Assembly: GCF_009914755.1 (NCBI RefSeq)
Contig: NC_060930.1
Source of the DNA: the human T2T-CHM13v2.0 reference genome, Homo sapiens
DNA length: 64,000 nucleotides
Strand: one strand, 5' to 3'
In this document: positions 60,839-64,000 of the stretch, piece after piece
Layout: each line of letters begins with the position of its first letter
How positions within the stretch are numbered: the first letter of the stretch is position 1
The notes under the pieces: generated by a model
Told to the model about the DNA's origin: nothing
Databases searched by the model: none
Seen by the model: only the letters and a program-made list of their open reading frames with translations
Program-made: the position numbers and the translations under genes

Positions 60839-61032
60839 GTATTTCTAACCACTGTTCACTAAATAATCTGGCAATGAGCATTCTTAGCACTCAGATATTT
60901 GACTCTAAATGCCAATTTCCAATAAAAGAAACCAACATTCTTTGGACAAATAGCTGATTCTAGGTTTGGGACAAGAAGTGAACAAGGTGAACCCAGAGCA
61001 CATTGATTTACTAGAAAGCAAGGAGATTATCA

Positions 61033-61317
<285 letters not shown>

Positions 61318-61763
61318 AGAGAATTCTGGAACCAACTTGAAGGGACTCTCACTGGGCAAAGATGGAACATTTTGAGCTTCAAAAAGAATAATAACTACAG
61401 CAAATAGAATAACTGCAAGGAATCATGTATGTTAAAATCCGCAAGTTAATTATAATACTCAAAAATCGTCCTCATTGTTCCCTTTTGGAAGATGCTCAGA
61501 AACCAAGTCATTATTTTAAAAGCCAATGAAGAAAATGAGTGAATGATTTATCCTGTCTTGCCTGTGTGAATTGTACTTCAGGGTTAGCAAGCAGTTGTTA
61601 CAAGAAAGTTCTTTATGCAAGAATTTCAGATAATAAATGCCAGAGAACTAAGAATTTTAAATCGCATTTTTCAACCTCTAATGAAATAATGGAATCAGGC
61701 ACTGATCAGCAATGGCTATTGATGCCATTATATGAAAAGCTGATGGAAAGCTTTATATGGTTG

Positions 61764-62395
61764 TGTCAGAGGCATTGGAACCGGAGAGACTCCATCTTGA
61801 ATAGGGCTGGGTAAAATGAGGCTCACACCTGCTGGGCTGCATTCCCAGGTTAGGCATTCTTAGTCATAAGATGAGATAGGAGGTTACAAGATATGGGTCA
61901 TAAAGACCCTGCTGATAAAAACAGGATGTGGTAAAGAAGCTGGTCCAAACCTGCCAAAACTAAAATGGCGATGAAAGTGACCTCTGGTCGTCCTCACTGC
62001 TCATTATACACTAATTATAATGCATTAGCATGCTAAAAGACAGTCCCACCAGTGCCATGACACTTTGCAAATTGCCATGGCATGGTCTGGAAGCTTCCCT
62101 ATATGGTCTAAAAGGGGGAGCAACCCTCAGCTCCAGGAACTCCCCACCCCTTTCCCAGAAAACTGATGAATAATCCACCTCTTGTTTAGCATATAATCAA
62201 GAAAAAAAGCCATAAGTTTACTCAGTCAAGCAGCCCATGCTGCTGCTCTGCCTATGGAGTAGCCATTCTTTTGTTTCTTTACTTTCTTAATAAACTTGCT
62301 TTCACCTTACTCTATGGACTCACCCCGAATTCTTTCTTGTGCAAGATTCAAGAAACCTGTCTTGGGGTCTGGATCTGGACCCTTTTCCAGTAACA
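61764..62395 (+). mobile_element. MER41B solo LTR
   Basis: TGTCAGAGGC..gactccatcttgaatagg ... ggggtctggatctggaccctttccagTAACA; TSD gttg / gctg. Confidence 0.92.
62152..62160 (+). promoter_or_regulatory. GAS/STAT motif TTCCCAGAA within MER41B
   Basis: Matches TTCNNNGAA at the position of the known MER41B tandem GAS; the partner site at 62131-62139 is degenerate (CTCCAGGAA). Confidence 0.6.
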
Positions 62396-62453
62396 GCTGG
62401 ATGAGGGCGACAGTTCTTGAGCCTGTGACCAGTCATAACATCACAAAAAAGGA

Positions 62454-62544
62454 GACACTCCTTCCCATGCTGGCTAGCTTTGGTGTTCCTTGGCTTACAG
62501 ATGCATCACCCCTAGCTATACCATAATCTCCACATGACATTCTC
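62454..62544 (-). repeat. 91-bp inverted copy of 62958-63048
   Basis: Reverse complement matches 86/91 by manual alignment. Confidence 0.95.
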
Positions 62545-62765
62545 ATTAAAGTCCTTCTGGTGTATTCTTGCTGAAATGGCCAAACCTGAATCTGGCCATG
62601 GGATTAGGTCTACCACCCAGTTTACGGGAAACACAAGAGGACAGAGAAGCATGTTACAAATGGGATCATATGGAAGAAATCAGCAAAATCCAGAAGAAAC
62701 TGGACAATGTCCTGGATTCTTCAACAACTACATTGCAAGTAGATAAAAAGAGAAAGAAGGAAACT

Positions 62766-63492
62766 ATTATGGGTTTAATTGAGTCTTCCCAAAGTCTGTA
62801 TATTGAAGTCCTAACCTCCCTTAATTCAGAATGTGACATTATTTGGAGATAGGGTCTTTGCAGAGGTAATAAAGTTGAAATGAGGTCACTAGGGTGGGCC
62901 CTAACCCAATATGACTGGGGTCCCTATAAGAAAAGTTTGGAGTCAGTTACAGATGAGGAGAATGCCATGTGGAGATTATGGTATAGCTAGGGGTGATGCA
63001 TCTGTAAGCCAAGGAACACCAAAGATTGCCAGCATGGAACGGAGTGTCCCTCCCAGCCCTGAGAAGGAGCCAACTCCACCAGCCCCTTGTTACAGACTTC
63101 CGGCCTCCAGAACTGTGAGATAATCCATTGCTGCCATTTAAACCACCTGGTTTATGGTACTTTTTTTTTTTTCTTTTGTTCTTGAGACAGGGTCTCACTC
63201 TGTCACCCAGGCTGGATCAGTGGGGTGATCTCGGCTCACTGCAACCTCCACCTCCTGGGTTCAAGTGATTCTTGTGCCTCAGCCTCCCGAGTAGCTGGGA
63301 TTACAGGTGCACGCCACCACACCCGGCTCATTTTTTTGTATTTTAGTAGAGACAGGGTTTCGTATGTGGGTCAGGTTGGTCTCGAACTCCTGGCCTCAGG
63401 TGATCTGCCCACCTTGGCCTCCCAAAGTGCTGGGATTACAGGTGTGAGCTGCCGCGCCCTGCCAGATTTGTGCTACTTTGTTACAGCAACCC
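62766..63492 (+). mobile_element. MLT1A/B LTR interrupted by an Alu
   Basis: 'tattgaagtcctaacc..ttatttggagatagggtctttgcagaggtaat..' / 'tgtgctactttgttacagcaaccct'. Confidence 0.85.
63161..63463 (-). mobile_element. AluSx
   Basis: Antisense dimer. Confidence 0.95.
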
Positions 63493-64000
63493 TGAAACCG
63501 CCTTTGCAAAATTATGACTGAGACAGTGAAAGAGCTCTAACTTAACCAACTCCATCTTGCTTCTAACCTCCAAGCTGTCCTTGTTCATTCCTGGGTGTAG
63601 GCTGAATTAACTTTGAGAGAAACTTAGTTTATAGTTTAAACAAAGACTTTAACAGCTCTTTGCCAAAGCAGTCCTCCTTCTTGCCTGGGGACTAGATTGC
63701 CTTTGTAGGACTAACATTAGCCACAAGATTAGAAATTATGGTTTAGGAGTCACGCAGCTGGAGGCTACAAGATCCTGACAGTCCCTAAACTGCTCCTAAA
63801 ATCAGTGCTTGAGATATTTGGCAGACCCTGCACTTGATGGATCAGCTGGCACAGCTGGCACCGCCCAGATGGATAAACTGGCTCACCTGATCTTGTGGCC
63901 CCCACCCAGGAACGGACTCAGTGCAAGAGGACAGCTTTGAGTCCCTATGGTTCCATCCCTGACCAATCAGCACACTTGGCTCACTGGCTCCCCTGTCATC
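63493..64000 (+). mobile_element. LTR8 (ERV1) 5' part, runs off the window
   Basis: TGAAACCGCCTTTGCAAAATTATGACTGAGACAGTGAAAGAG..ctccatcttgcttctaacctccaagctg. Confidence 0.88.

Overview
Primate (human/ape-like) non-coding genomic DNA, intergenic or deep-intronic and dense in transposable elements. I recognise no protein-coding gene, processed pseudogene, tRNA/rRNA/snRNA gene or CRISPR array. The supplied ORFs are Alu-, L1-, LTR-, VNTR- or microsatellite-derived, or are short chance frames. Contents: about 28 Alu/FLAM copies; solo LTRs of several ERV families (LTR12C-type/ERV9, LTR17/HERV-W, MLT2A/HERV-L, MER41B, LTR8, MST/THE1, MLT1); a 5'-truncated L1PA; old L1M/L2/MIR fragments; DNA transposons (MER20, MER47A, Tigger3, MER63, MER45A, MER119/Charlie-like); a 39-bp minisatellite; and microsatellites. 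Repeat family names come from recalled consensus sequences, not a database search. Most notable observations: (i) two ~95%-identical short inverted copies of nearby sequence (64 bp at 54238-54301, 91 bp at 62454-62544), which look like templated insertions; (ii) an LTR12 whose transcribed R/U5 part looks far more mutated than its CpG-rich U3; (iii) a VNTR that multimerises CAGGTG E-boxes and TGCATG (RBFOX) motifs.
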